From Folioceros fuciformis (lineage: Eukaryota), in NCBI GenBank assembly GCA_049999805.1, contig JBNGIO010006314.1:598603-642260 (forward strand): a stretch of DNA of 43,658 nucleotides, given 5' to 3'. The translations under genes and the position numbers were made by a program. The notes under the pieces were generated by a model, which saw nothing but the letters and a program-made list of their open reading frames with translations, searched no databases and was not told where the DNA came from. Below, piece after piece: positions 1 to 13,134 of the stretch. Positions within the stretch are counted from its first letter, which is position 1; each line of letters starts with the position of its first letter.

Positions 1-40
1 CCTATCCCCACTAGCCAAGCACATCTCTAGTCATTCTGTC

Positions 41-93
41 TTGTTTTCGAAGTATAGGTGCCAACTTTGTTTTCGAAGTATAGGTGCCAACTT
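41..93. repeat. 26-bp tandem duplication
   Basis: TTGTTTTCGAAGTATAGGTGCCAACT at 41-66 and 67-92. Confidence 0.9.
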
Positions 94-190
94 CATACAA
101 ATGAAATCAAACGTGGGTCTACTTACACGCATCATGTTCTTGAACAACTCTATAGTGTATGTCCCCGTAAGGAACATAAGGCTGATGTGG

Positions 191-264
191 AAGAACGTTG
201 GAGAACATTGAATGACCCAATGACGCGAAAGAATGTTGGAGAACATTGAATGACCCAATGACGC
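191..264. repeat. 38-bp tandem duplication
   Basis: AAGAAYGTTGGAGAACATTGAATGACCCAATGACGC starting at 191 and 229. Confidence 0.9.
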
Positions 265-1165
265 CGGCTACGCCTATGTGCATATGAACCCTTGCTAGTG
301 CCTCCTTATTTTATTGCAACATATGAATGGTAGTAGAAATACTAGCTTGTAAATTCAAAAGCAAAGAATGTGAAGTAGCTTCTAACGCTATATACAACAT
401 GATGCCCATCAGAAAAACACACCACAAGTTCCGTTCATGGGGATCCATGATAAACCCTAAGTGAAGGCCTCCACTCAAAATCCAAGCTCCAACCTCCAAG
501 CTGCACACCTATGAGAAAAAGAAGCAAATGAAACACCTTTGGCCGCATAAGCTAGAGCCTTACATTCACCTCTATGGGTAAAATGATGAAAAAGTGTGGG
601 ACTACATGTGAAAAAATATACCTGACTTGTGAAACGAGGAACGAACAAAACCCCAACCGTGGCCATGCTAGGGGTGGTATACATTGCAGAAAACCCCTAC
701 TGTGGCCATTCCGGTGGTATACATTGCCCACCGTGGCGCTGACACGCGCCACATGTCACTGACATGCACTAAAAATGTACCGGGCTTGTGAAACGGGCCT
801 CAGGTGCTGTGTGCCTTGATTCAAATGACATCTTCGTTTATACATATTGCACCAGAAGTTGACAGTATCACCAGTCTCAGCCGGATGATGCTCATTTGTA
901 CAAGGGTGATCCTGGTTTTCGTCCAGTTGATGTCATGGCAAGTGCTTGTTTTGTGGTTCTTACCACAGGAAACAGCGGTGGGCGTCGTTTACGACTGTTC
1001 AGACTGGAAGCCATAAGAAGCATGACTGTTATCCCTCCAAACGTACTAAAATCTACCCACCTGAGGGCTAAACTGTATTGAACCCTGGACGGACCGTTAT
1101 CCCCTTGAACGTTTCCATATATGCTATGAAGTCCGCGAAGTCTCGAAAGACAGTTACACGCCAGC

Positions 1166-1186
1166 TTTTAGGGTCTAAATTGGGCC
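1166..1186 (+). promoter_or_regulatory. Telo-box-like plus site II motif upstream of RPL9
   Basis: TTTTAGGGTCT (one mismatch to the telo-box TAGGGTTT) next to TGGGCC. This pair is typical of plant ribosomal protein promoters. Confidence 0.4.
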
Positions 1187-1305
1187 GTGTACATCTGAAG
1201 CGTCCGCTCCCTGTGGTCGCCTTCGTCTCCGCCAGAGCGGAGTGAGGAGGTTTGTGGTTGGTACTCGGAGCTCGTCTGCGGGCAGCAGCAGGGAGTAGCT
1301 CAGCC

Positions 1306-2167
1306 ATGAAGACTATCAAAGCGTCGCAGACTATGGACATCCCTGCTGGCGTGAAGCTGGAGATTAGGGCCAAGAAGGTCCGGGGCTGGTTGTGAGGGGG
1401 TCGAACGGGTGGCGTGGTGAAGCTAGATATTGACATGCCTCTTTGTTGTGGCGCTCCAGGTTCGAGCGACAGGGCCGCGGGGCGTTTTGCTGCGTGACTT
1501 CAAGCACCTCAATCTGGACTTCCAGATTATCGAGAACGGCACCAAGCTGCAGGTGGATGCTTGGTTTGGGAACCGGAAGACGACGGCTGCCATTCGAACT
1601 TCCATCAGTCATGTGAACAACTTGTTCATCGGAGTTACCAAGGGCTACCGGTACAAAATGCGGTTTGTGTACGCCCATTTCCCAATCAACGCCAGCATCT
1701 CCGCGGCGAAGGACAACATCGAAATCAGGAACTTTTTGGGGGAGAAGAAGGTGAGCATTTTTCTACCGAAATCTTTTGCTTCTGGCTCAGGTGGAGGTTT
1801 TTCCGGTCGCTCATGGCCGTTTGCTGATGACATGGATGGGTGGCAGGTCCGCAAAGTGGACATGCTTGGTGGTGTCACGGTTACGAGGTCCGAGAAGACG
1901 AAGGACGAGCTGATTCTTGAGGGTAACGACATTGAGCTCGTTTCAAGATCAGCAGCACTAATCAACCAGGTTGCAGTGTTCTCCTTGGTGTTGTGGGCAT
2001 TGTCCGCCGCTGTAGTTTGTATTTTGTTTAGCTTGCGAGACTTCGTAACCCTGCTGTCCGGTTTTGGCTGACAGGTGTGTCATGTGAAGAAGAAAGACAT
2101 TCGGAAATTTTTAGACGGGATTTATGTCAGCGACAAGGAAACTATTGCTGACGAAGAGAACTCTTAG
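1306..2167 (+). CDS. RPL9: 60S ribosomal protein L9 (uL6); exons 1306-1377, 1460-1750, 1847-1969, 2075-2167
   Basis: Spliced product [16 protein letters not shown]...[13 protein letters not shown]...[20 protein letters not shown]...IRNFLGEK...[16 protein letters not shown]...[15 protein letters not shown]. All introns are GT-AG and preserve the frame. Confidence 0.97.
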
Positions 2168-3272
2168 GCAGATTATTTGTGGATTCTTTTTGCGAGGGGT
2201 TGATTGACGTGGAATGCTGGTGCTCAACATCGTGTAGAGGATTTGCAGATCAGCAGCGTTTTTCAGCAGGTCCGAGTCTTCTCCCTTCGTTTTCTTGTAA
2301 TGGCCGTGGTCCTTAGTACTTCAGGTTAATAATCGGAGGTGTGTGATTGCCGCCTGCAGATCTGTCTTTCATCTTCGACGGGCTTTATGTCATCTGAAGG
2401 AAAGTCGTACCCAGTTTTGTTCTTACCTCGTGCTTCGGCACATTTTACCAAGTAGATTCGCGTAGATCAGAGTATCCGTTGTCTTGGTATGCTTGCGAGT
2501 GACACCTTCGACCCACCGAGAATCAAAGAAAATTGTGAGGTCTTTCTCCCACTGTTCGCAGTCCGTGAGACTTCATATGACGACGTCTTCCCGTCTTTCG
2601 TAGACACGAAGGGACGTGCATAGCAGCTTCCGGATGGGGCACCCTGCCAACAACGGTCACCTGCTTCTCTGCCGTAACCAAAGACCGATCTCCAGAGCTG
2701 TGAAGTGACGCATCTGGTTCCACACCAACGTAGCCAAGTACGGTAGCTTGCCTGCTTCTTAACACCTTCCGCCCGCATATAGAACGCAAGATATGTACTA
2801 CCTCTGTTGTATTCCGATACTCTACTCTTTTTGGGTATACTCGGGTACTCAATGCTACTACTGCCATTTTCGAGACTTCATACCATTAGCGTCACTCCGT
2901 TTAGAGAAGAATATTAAAGAAGTGCAGTACATGTTTAATGAAAAGGGAGCGAAACATCTACCCGAGCAGAGGGGGAACTGACCAAAAAATGACCGTGCCG
3001 CTAGCACTAATGGTTGTTCTAAAACCCAGAACCCTGAACACCTATTCACCTTCTCATTGTCAGAGTAGTCGCCTAGCACTGGGACACCTAACTGTCCAAT
3101 CCATGTGGTGGCGAGTATCGCTGGTTGTCGGAGCGTGCGATAGGTGGAACAACAGTGGCGCAGTTGCCTTAAGCTTGAGAGGGAGCATCTTCAGGCTGCG
3201 ACGGTGAGGCCCATGGGAGTCGGCATTCAGCAGCCCAAGCTTTCATTGTTCTGAGGTGCGGGGTCCGAAGGC

Positions 3273-6200
3273 ATGGGCCCCGGGAGGGGATCGCGACGAT
3301 GGCCTGGGGGGGGTTCTGGACCTCCCCGTGGCCCGATTCCCGGCCCTGCCACTGGTCCTCATCCCTTCCTGCCCTCGGGTCCTGCGGCCGCCGGGGGGTA
3401 TCAGGAGTATCCGATTTTCGGTGGGCAGCAACGGCCAATGTTTCGAGGGCCTTGGCTGGATGAGCCACCCCAAGTTCCACTGGGGATGCCTGTGTGGCAG
3501 CAACAGCCAATTTTCCGAGGGCCTGGGTCGAATGAGCCGCCTGAGGCACCACCTGGAACTGCAGGCTACAGGCAGGCATTGTTTCCTCCTCACGCTCGCC
3601 CGATGCCGATGCTGGGGTTCGGGGAAGGACCGCCTCCCGTGCAGCGTGCGGGCATTGTGGAACACGTAGAGTTGAGAGTCAGTTCTCAGCTGGAGAAACT
3701 CCGGGCGGAGGGTCGGGACAGGAGCTTGGACACCGTGCTTCGGACTTTGGCCTGGCCACCACCCGGTGCTCATGATCTGAGGTGGGAAGACGTCCCTTCG
3801 CTAAGAAGAATTGCAGACATGGAAGCCAGGGTGAGGGAAGGAGGGGAATTGGGGCCTTTGTGTGTTGTGTTTAGTGGCACTTGTGTCCACTGGGTCGAGG
3901 GATTGTGGGTTTGTTCACAGTGTTGGGTGTTGGTGCAGGTGAACTTGATTATTCAATGTCATGTTGCGGCACATCACGTGACCACGTTGCATGATTTGGA
4001 GAGGGACGTTGTGGCCAGGGAGCAGCTTAGTCGGTTCGAGGATCTTGGGTTGGGACCCTTGTGGCACCACCACGTAGTGGTGAGGTGCTTTGACCTCCCT
4101 GAGGACTTGCAGGGCATCTACAAGCTAACTGCAGCAGACGTTGTGCAATCTCTGGCCTCGTATCTGGAGGGGACTGACGATGAAGCAGAAGTGGATCCCG
4201 TAGAGTTTATGGGATATCTAGCCAAGGAAAGGTCCCAGCCGTCAGCACGGTGTCTAGGTGTTCGGTTATGGAGCCTGAGGTGGGTTTGCTGCCGCGTTTT
4301 CTTAGTTTTGTGAAAAGAGTCGAAACCTAAGTTTAAAGGGACGTGGGTGTTTCCCGCAGACTGTATGTGTGTGCCATTCGTGGAGCTCAACGGGCGGAGA
4401 AGGAGCTGATAACTAGGTTTACCGCGCAAGCCAGAGTGAAGGCAGATGTGAATTGCAGATCCAGAAGGATCATGAAGCAAGTTGGCCGGTTCCTGGACAG
4501 CCAGAATGCCACCAACCTTTCTCAACGTCAAGGGGCCGAGTCTGGAGTTTTTGGTCCTCAAAGCAGTGTCAATGGAGACCCATGTCCTAGTGCTGCTGGT
4601 GGGACTGACGGTTCTTCAAGTTGTGACATCAGATCCTCTAAGTTACCCGGCAAGCGGAAGAGAAGTCTCTCTGTGGAACGTCCCTTCGTCCCTCCATCAA
4701 GCTGTCCCTATCCATCAGCGGCAGAAGAGCAACATCGCCTGAGAAAGAAGCACAAGCAGGCCCCGCAGAAATCAGATCCTCTCCGTCTACATCATTCTGA
4801 CCTCAAGGAGTTCTGGCAAACTCTGAAGGTAGCCAGTAGAGAGTCGTCTTTTGATGCGGTAAGTGCCTTAAGTACAATATCCCTGTGTTGTTTGTGACCT
4901 CATCTTATCTTACCTTGACGTCCGCCTCAGCAGTTCATTAGAAATCTCCGCGTTCACAGGTGCTGAAGACCCTCAAGAGGACGTGGGTGTGTAGAAAGAA
5001 GACACCGTATTTTGGGAAGCAGCCTTACCTGGGGCTGCTCAATGTAGCTGTACGTTTTACTTCCCCGGCCACTAGAGTCTTGCTGCCATGTGAAACTCTT
5101 CATGCGGTTGCGATTTGAACTTTTGATTTTTAAGTTGCTTCTCAACAGTCATGTGGTCTCCTGCTTCCGACCGCTCAGTTAGGCGTTTGCTTGTACAGGT
5201 TGTAGCTGCAAAGTCCAGTTTGTTGGAGGACTGCTTTGCCATTCCAGCAGATAGAAAGGGAAGAAACCCGGAAGTTGAGAGTAGAACAGTGGATCTTGAA
5301 GCTGGAATTGAAACCACCAGTAGTAAATCAAAAGTGACAGGTCAACTTTCTTTAGCTGGAATGAAGTTGCTCCTTTGTGCATGTTCTGACATTGTGAGTG
5401 TTCTCCACAATGTTTCTGTGCTTGATCATAGTTTTGGTTTCTTTCTCGCAGGCCCAACCCTGGAGGAGCTTTTGACCTTGGTAGTGAAGGACTTTGAGGA
5501 CTTTTCTGTGGCTAATGTCTCCAGACTTTCTCAAACTTCTGATGGTGCCGATGACAAGGGAACTTGCAATGCCTGGTGGGCAAACTTCATATGGGTGGCA
5601 GAATGTAGCCAAAGGCTGGAGGACGAATTATCTAGACTTTATCCAGGAAGTTCTCCGCCTGAGGCGATCTGTGCATTTATACTCCAGAAGTGGAACTCGC
5701 TGCCTAACCAGCTAAGAGAGTTCATGATGCCTAGGCCTGAAGGAGCTTCGCAGGTGGTTGTTAAGGTGCCTGAACACAGGCTTGTAGATTTCTGTAGGCA
5801 GGCTTCCTCAGCAGCAAAGAAAACTGAAGACAGTGACATGCAGCAAACCCTTAGGATTCAGATTTGTGATCAGTTCCAAATAGGCTTGGAGGAATTGAGG
5901 CACCTCCAAATTAAGCAGCTGATGGGTTCTTCAGAGACATCTGAAACATCGTTGCTTTACTCTGCTGCACTATTTCCAAGGATTCAAGGCTCGAGTGATC
6001 CGAATGACCAGGATGCATTCAGGAATCTCACTGCGTGGGAACGTAAGACAGATCTAGATGCTTTATGTTGCCTGCAACAAGTGCCCCCACTATGTGACTT
6101 ATCCTTTTGGTCACATTGGGATATCATATTTGCTCCCTGGCTGGGAAGTCTACAGGGATGGATTGAAAAGGCAGGGAAGGGCAAGCTGAATATTCTGGTG

Positions 6201-9200
6201 ACAGCTGGGGGAAAGCTTTTGCGTGTTGATGTGGCCAAGCCCAACGACTTTGCAGTAGCTGTATCAAAAAAATCTGCACGTGAGATTGCTTCGTGCATGG
6301 CATCACTATTTGTTAATTATGGGGGAGCTGGCCGTGTTCCTCAATCACTGTTGCAGTCATGTAGTACAATAGGGCTTAAGTTAAGGTTGCAATCTGGCCT
6401 AACCTTGAATGCAAAAGGAGAACTCAGTGCATCTGAACGTCAGGAAAAAGATTTGGCTTTTCTGATTCTCGACTGTCTGCAACATCTGCCATCCGAGCTG
6501 CGTTCCTTGGCAGCTCGAATCTTCGTGGGCTCAATGAAGGAGCTGGGCATGGAGCCGATCTCTTTGATATGGCAGTCCTGCAGAACAGATGAACAGCGCA
6601 TTATGCTGCAGAGGATTGGTTTTGAACTTGGGACTCTGGAATGGATAGATGGTCATGATACAGTTGATAATGGGGTGAACCTGGAGGTGCATGACCAGCA
6701 AGAAGTTTTTGTGGTAGAAAAGGATGCCTACCAGCAGATTGCTACCAATGTTTGCTTTCAGCCTGTATTGCCCTCTGATCCAAGACATCCGGTTGGAGGA
6801 AAGCTTGCGCTTGTTGAAGTTTCTACACATAGCAGTAGCATGTCTCCTCCTCCTGAAATTCATTGTGCAGAACCTACGGCTGTTATTGAGGCCATTCGGC
6901 GTGAAGAGTTTGGGTTGGGGTCAGAGCTCGAAATATCAGAGAATAAGCTCCTTGCCAAACAGCATGCTCGCATCGGTCGGGCATTGGACAGACTTTCCCG
7001 GGACCTCTACTCTGAAGATGCGCATTTTGGTTTCGAACTGGTAATTGTTTTGTGTTTGGAATCAGTTGAGGTGCACGCCTTGGAAACAGATTAGCCGCAT
7101 GCTAGGGTAGTTTCTTATTTTCTGGAGGTTTGTTGCAGATCCAAAACGCAGACGACAACAGATATGAGCTTGGTGTTGAAGCAACCCTGGTGTTTGTCAT
7201 ACGTGTCGATGACATACTAATCTTAAACAATGAAACAGGGTTTACGGAAGCGAATATGCGAGCTCTGTGCGACATTGGTAATTCCACAAAAGCAGGAAGA
7301 GCTGGATACATCGGCCAAAAGGGAATCGGGTTTAGATCTGTGTTTCGGGTTAGTGTGCAAAATTCCCTATAGTTTTGTACCATCTTGTTGCGGTTGTTTG
7401 TCTGGGTGTTCTACTTTTGTTGTTGTCTTGTGCTTTGGTCCATCCTATAACTGTCCAGACCTATGATTGGCAGGTTAGTAATGCACCGGAGGTCCATTCC
7501 AAGGGATACCATGTGAAGTTCGATGTTTCTGAAAGGCAAATTGGATTTTTGGCTCCAACACTGATACCTGCACTCCCTGTCTGTGGGTCCTTATGCGCTG
7601 ACTTTGGAATGCAACTTGGCAGTTTGTGGTCAACACAAATTAGGCTGCCCTTAAAGCCAGCAATTCAGGCAAGTGGACCTATGTCCAAGCTGGCAAAAAA
7701 GTTTGACAACTTTCACCCGTCATTGCTTCTCTTTCTTCAGAAGTTAAAGTGCATAGCTGTTCAGAACGAGGTCACTGGTTCAACGCATGTCTTGAGGAGA
7801 AAGGATTTGGGAGAGAATCTTGTCAGTGTAGTGTCTGACAAGGCTGGTGTAAAGGCTGATATGACATGGCTTGTTGTTCGGAGCAAACTAGAGTCTGCCA
7901 TTTGCAAAGCCGGAGTAAGGAGGACAGAAATAGTGTTGGCCTTTCCTGTGACGCAAGATGATGTAGGTGGTTACCTGCCTCACTATGACAAACAAAAAGT
8001 ATTTTCGTTTCTTCCCTTGAGGCGATATGGTCTTAGGTTTATTCTCCAAGCTGACTTCATTCTCACCTCTTCTCGGGAAGAGGTGGACAGGGACAATGAT
8101 TGGAATGAGTGGGTGGTTTCGGAAGTCCCAAGCTTATTCTTGGAAGCATTGAATAAATTCAAGATTTTTTCTCCCCCAAGAAGTCTCGGTCAAGTGGTAG
8201 AAGCTTACATGGGCTTCGTTCCTCTTGATGGAGAGGTGCTTGGATTCTTCGCACCACTTCCTAGACTTATTTTATCACGCTTACGAGCCTCGGAGTGTCT
8301 TCCGATAGATGGTAATGCAGGTTGGGCGCTTCCATGCTTCATGTTGAGGAGTTGGAATACTCAGTTCCGTAGTCTGGTGCCTGATACTATGTTGGAAGAA
8401 CATATGGGCCTTCACTTCTTGGACAGGGATGTTAACCTGCCAGACACCTTGGCAGAGAGGTTGGGCATCCAGAGTTACGGAAGTCACACGCTTGTCTCCC
8501 TAATGGCAGCTGTATCTCGGAAGGGTAGTTTCTTGGAATCTCATGGACATAGATGGATTAGGTGCTGGTTGATACTTCTCCACGATTCCATTCACACATC
8601 AGAAGCACCAACCTCAGTCTCAAGTACTCTGCGGCAACTGCATGATCTGCCGTTCCTCCCACTATCAAATGGGACTTTCTCAAGTTTGTCAAACGGACCT
8701 TTATGGTTCGTTGGTGGAACTGCTATGGACGCAGTTTTCAGCGGTTTCCCTTTGCTATCGGCTGAGTTGCAAACAGTGCACTCAGGGCTAATGCAGCCTA
8801 CTGTTGATGATCAGGCGCAGGATGATACTGGCGTTGTACTAAGATGTGACGTTGCCACAGACAAGGTGAGACAGCTTTTATCAATGCTTGGAGCCAACCA
8901 AGTTTCGTGTCACGAAGTTATCATGACGCATGTGCTACCAGGATTTAGCGACAACCTGTGTCTCACAAAGTGCCCACCCCTCATTGTGGAGTATTTAGCT
9001 TTCACCATGCTGCATTTGCAATCAGATTGCTCGCAGTGCAAGCATGGTACCTCAGTGATTGATGCATGTCTGAAGGAGTATGCTGTTATCCTTACAACCG
9101 GTGGTCTCAAACGAGTTGGCTCAGAGCCCATTCACTTTCCCAAAATCATGGGGAATAATTTAAACGTGAAGCCTATGTTGGAAGGTACAGGCATGATATG

Positions 9201-12156
9201 GAATGAGATAGATGCTGCCTACCTGAAGCTCAACGTTGGTTGTCTTCCCGAGAGGTTCAGTGTCCAACGCTGGCGCTGCTTTTTCACAGAGTTGGGAGTA
9301 ACAGACTTTTTAGAAACAAAGGCAGTTCCACGGAGGAGCGGGTCTGTGATTGAGCCGGGCATGGAAGTTAGTGGCACTTCACATGATTGGACCTGTCCTG
9401 AACTTTTAGCCTTACTACAGGCATTATGTGGGCGTGCTAAGAAGGGTAAACAGAAGTTCCGCCTTAAACAACTAGAAATGCTTCTGAAGGAGCTTGACAG
9501 GTGGTGGGACGAAGGATTCAAGCAGAGCCCTGACCATACTTTCGTTTCACAACTTCGACAGTTGAGATGCTTGAAGTCAAGCCTGACCGGAGATTTGGAG
9601 TTGCCTACAGATCTTTTTGACAAATGTTCCGCAGTAGAAACCATTTTGGGTGCCAATGCTCCATATTCCTTGCCACAGGTTGGTATATTAAGCAGTTTCT
9701 CAAGCATATTCGTGTCTAGTTTGGTATATCAGGCTGACGAGGTGTCTTCTTACATATCAGCTAAGCAACAAAGGTTTGAAAGAAGCATTGGGGTTGCGTG
9801 GTAAAGTCTCAGTCAGTGATGCTTTTTGGGTTCTACAGAAGTGGCAAAACTGCAAGCATCGAATTGTGGCGAGGTTGATGTTATACCTGATGTGTCATCT
9901 CACACACAATATGCACATCAGTTTGAAGCTCCAATACTTCATTTGTTGCGTCACTGTTAATCCCTACCAATGTTGCAACCTGCAGGTGTTCTCAGATGGA
10001 GCAATTGTACAACCTGCTGTGGCAGGCGACAGGCACTGAGAGAGAGGCCATTTGGCAATTTATGATGTGTTCTCCATCAATTGTGCTCCCGAAGAACTTT
10101 GTGAAAGTCCCTGAACAGTCAAGCGCTTGCTGGATGGATTTGCACATGGCGAGAGACACGTATTGGGAAGATCCCACGGGGGCTGTGAAGGCAGCTCTGG
10201 AGACAGAGAGCGAAAGCTGTGCAGAAGTCCTCGTTCCTATCCAGATAATATACCCAAAGCTGCATGCTTTTTTTGTGGAAGGATGCCGGGTTCAACAGAG
10301 ACCAAGTTTTGATGTACTCTTCAAGGCGCTTGTCTGCCTCTCTACCTCATATAGTCCTTATGAAACTCGGAGACCGGTACGATTCTGAAGTGATTTCAGT
10401 TTCACTTGAATTCCTGTTGTGCTGCGTAGGGGCTTGTTTCTAAGAAGTGGTCGTTCCTGCAGGTTGTGGAGGTATTTAGATCGTTGTCCCGTGATGTACA
10501 ATGTGCAAGTATGCAGCCCAGTGAAGTTGAGAGGTGGAAGTCCTGCTTCGAGGAAGAGAGAACTCGTGTACTGCCAACAATGCAAAATAAATGGGTGTCC
10601 TTGAATCCGAGTGAAGGTGTTATCTGTGTATCAGATGATGTGACTCTCAGAGAGAGATTGAGTACCATCATGGACCAAGTGCACTTCTTACTTCTGTTTC
10701 ACGATGATGGGAAACCAGATCGAGAAATGGGGATTTCTAATATGAGTGACTTTCTACCTCTCTTTAGAGCATTCAAGATTCCGCTTCTATCTGAGGTAAA
10801 CATAATTGAATTGCCTTATGCATTTGCACTGAAGCCCTTCTCTTTTTAATGATTAGTATGCAACAGATTATGGGTGTGGAAGTAATTGCCCGGGGTCATG
10901 AAGATGGAAGTGCTCTGCTTAGGAGTTTATGGTGGAGTATTCCGTACATCCAACGATACTTGCTGAAGAATTTTCCAGAAATATACGCGAAGCTCCAGAG
11001 TGCAGATATAGCCAGTAAATTGAGAGGACTGGATTGTCACATTGTCAATCAGCTGCAATCTCGACATGTGTTGAAACAACTGAATTGGTCCAGTGTACCC
11101 AAGGACTGCTCATGCATTTTGCAGGTAAACGCTGGCAACACCTGTCATGTGTGGTTTCTGAAATGTAAAAACAAAAATCATTTCTCGGATGTATCGGATC
11201 ATCTGTGTTGATAATAGGTGCTCGCTTCTTGGCAGGAAAGTACTTTGCTAGTCACACAACCATACCAGTTGTTCACAATATTTTTGGAACTCTCCAAGTT
11301 GTTTCTATCAGGGCATTCGAAGCTGCAGTTGGAGCTAGCCAACTTCTTACAGCTTCTATCCAACATGCGGCAGTCAGGGTCGTCTATGTTGGAGGTCGAA
11401 GATTTTGTGGTCAGAGTGCAGGGTATACCTCCTCTAGCCTTTAGTGGAGCTTCTGGTGGCACTTGGATAGAGGCCAACTTTTCCTTGAGACATCAAAATA
11501 GAGTGGCAGACGATCCAACAGCAGAAGCTTCACTCGCGGAAGGAAAGGTTGACAGATTAGGAACAAGAGATCATCAGGGTGCCTACAAGGCTGAAGGGGA
11601 ATCAGAGAACATGGCATATGCTGCTGCCGGCATGGGCAAGCAAAGCATAGCTGCCCAGAATGATTCAGAGGAATTTTTTTTGCATTTCGGTGAAAAGGTT
11701 GTTGCAATTGACAGCAGACTTAGGCGTGGTCATTCCCCAAGAGGACTGTTTCACTTGACAACGGGAAGAGTGGGTGAAGAAACTGCCTTCATGTACCTTG
11801 CCGAACAGCATGGTGCGGCATGTGTAACGTGGGTCAATGAAGGAGCAGAGTCCGGAACACCGTTCGACCTCATTGTGAACCACGAGTCTGGGTGTCAAAC
11901 TTTTGTGGAGGTTAAAACCACTAGGTCTGACGATAAAGACTGGTTTGAGATATCACAGCGAGAGTGGGAGTGTGCTCAGATGAAAGGAGACAATTACATG
12001 ATTCTTAGGGTGCAACTTGGGCACCCACCTCGTTTTCTTGAACTGCGTAATCCCGTCAAGTTATGCCAGGAAAAGCGGCTTCAGCTGGCCATGCTATTGC
12101 CGGATTGTGTTCACTTTCAGGTTGCAAATGCGGCTCCGGGTCAGTGGCAGCTCTGA
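3273..12156 (+). CDS. NOV: Protein NO VEIN-like (sacsin-like GHKL ATPase + C-terminal DUF3883), multi-exon
   Basis: Pro-rich N-terminus; TTLHDLE...FEDLGLGPL; IEAIRREEFGLG...KQHARIGRALDRLSRDLYSEDAHF; GHKL motifs ELIQNADD, NNETGF, CDIG and IGQKGIGFRSVF; FSFLPLRRYGLRFILQADFILTSSREEVD; C-terminal TGRVGE...WVNEGAESGTPFDL...FVEVKTT...WFEISQREW. ORF pieces are joined by short GT-AG introns; some exon borders were not fully resolved. Confidence 0.9.
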
Positions 12157-13134
12157 AATGATATTCTACTGAAAGCTCATCTCAAATACTCCTACCGATG
12201 CATCCATTTCATCTACTCGTTCACTCTCCATGTTGTCCTGTCTTGAACTGTGGTTCTTGGTAACAGAACCCTCTTGTACTTAAGGCTACCTATGACGCCA
12301 GACCTGTGCGGGCCCTTCTGGCTGAGGTTTTGTGATTTGGTTCACAACCTAGTTTCTCAATGCGTGGGAATCAATTTTCCACGTTCGTAGGCTGGTTGCA
12401 TCTCAAGATGCAGTTGCAAGTTGAGACTGGATGCCAGAAAGTGGAAGTTTCATTTGTCCGAGCTTTGAACGCCTAATCACGTGGAAATCACCACCTTCGA
12501 ATGAAACAGACGAGGTCTGGAAGGGCGCCTGTGTGCGAGTGGGCCACCGGTCAGGAGGAGCCTGACACACGAAATCTTCTAGCGGAAAAGTGCGAAGCTC
12601 TGTATGTTCGGTCTAACGGAACGTGCTGACACTTCAAACATCTGGTATGATGTTTATGAGATGGCCACCAATAAAAAAAGGGTTTCTGAGATGACCTTTG
12701 TCAGGTGTCATGCTCCACTCTGTGCGCACTTCCACGTACGTAAATACAAAACACGCTGAAAATTTAGGACTGGACGCAGTGTTGTTAGCGCCAAACGTTT
12801 TGGCCTCAGGGGGAAAACACGGATCTGCGGAAGTGAGCAGATCATGGGAAAGCTCCAATAGGAAGGCCCCTATGGACAGCCGAGTGCGGGGATCTGCTGA
12901 CCAACGGGGGTCAGCGCTGTATGACCATCTCACCAATGGCGTTGTACATCTTTGCTTTACAGGATGACCTACAACTCGCCATGTGACGCAGACCCCTTCA
13001 TGCCTTTTCTGCAGCTCCGTTAGCATCACGACACGATTAGGACTAACATCTGCGTATTGGTCTCGGGAGTTAGTTTGCATCGAGAAGCGGGTGAGTCCAG
13101 AAAGGTGGAAAACAAGAATCAGATGTGGCGGAGA

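Larger units (their letters stand above)
1..799 (-). mobile_element. Degenerate PIF/Harbinger DNA transposon, one end only (continues beyond window start)
   Basis: Minus strand encodes FKNMMRVSRPTFDFICMKLAPILRKQ and, after a frameshift, LASGD, typical of the HARBI1/PIF transposase N-terminus. The terminus at 799 reads GGCCCGTTTCACAAG on the minus strand, resembling Harbinger TIRs, and is flanked by a 3-nt TCA/TGA. The frame is broken by tandem duplications. Confidence 0.65.

Noticed and set aside
3018-3045. CTAAAACCCAGAACCCTGAAC resembling a telomerase RNA template
   Set aside because: No USE/TATA Pol III promoter, no G-rich 5' end with complementary 3' end, and no terminator; more likely a telo-box-like promoter motif of NOV
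12640-12690. Possible C/D snoRNA (ATGATG...CTGA)
   Set aside because: Box C imperfect, too short, and no terminal stem or recognisable rRNA guide
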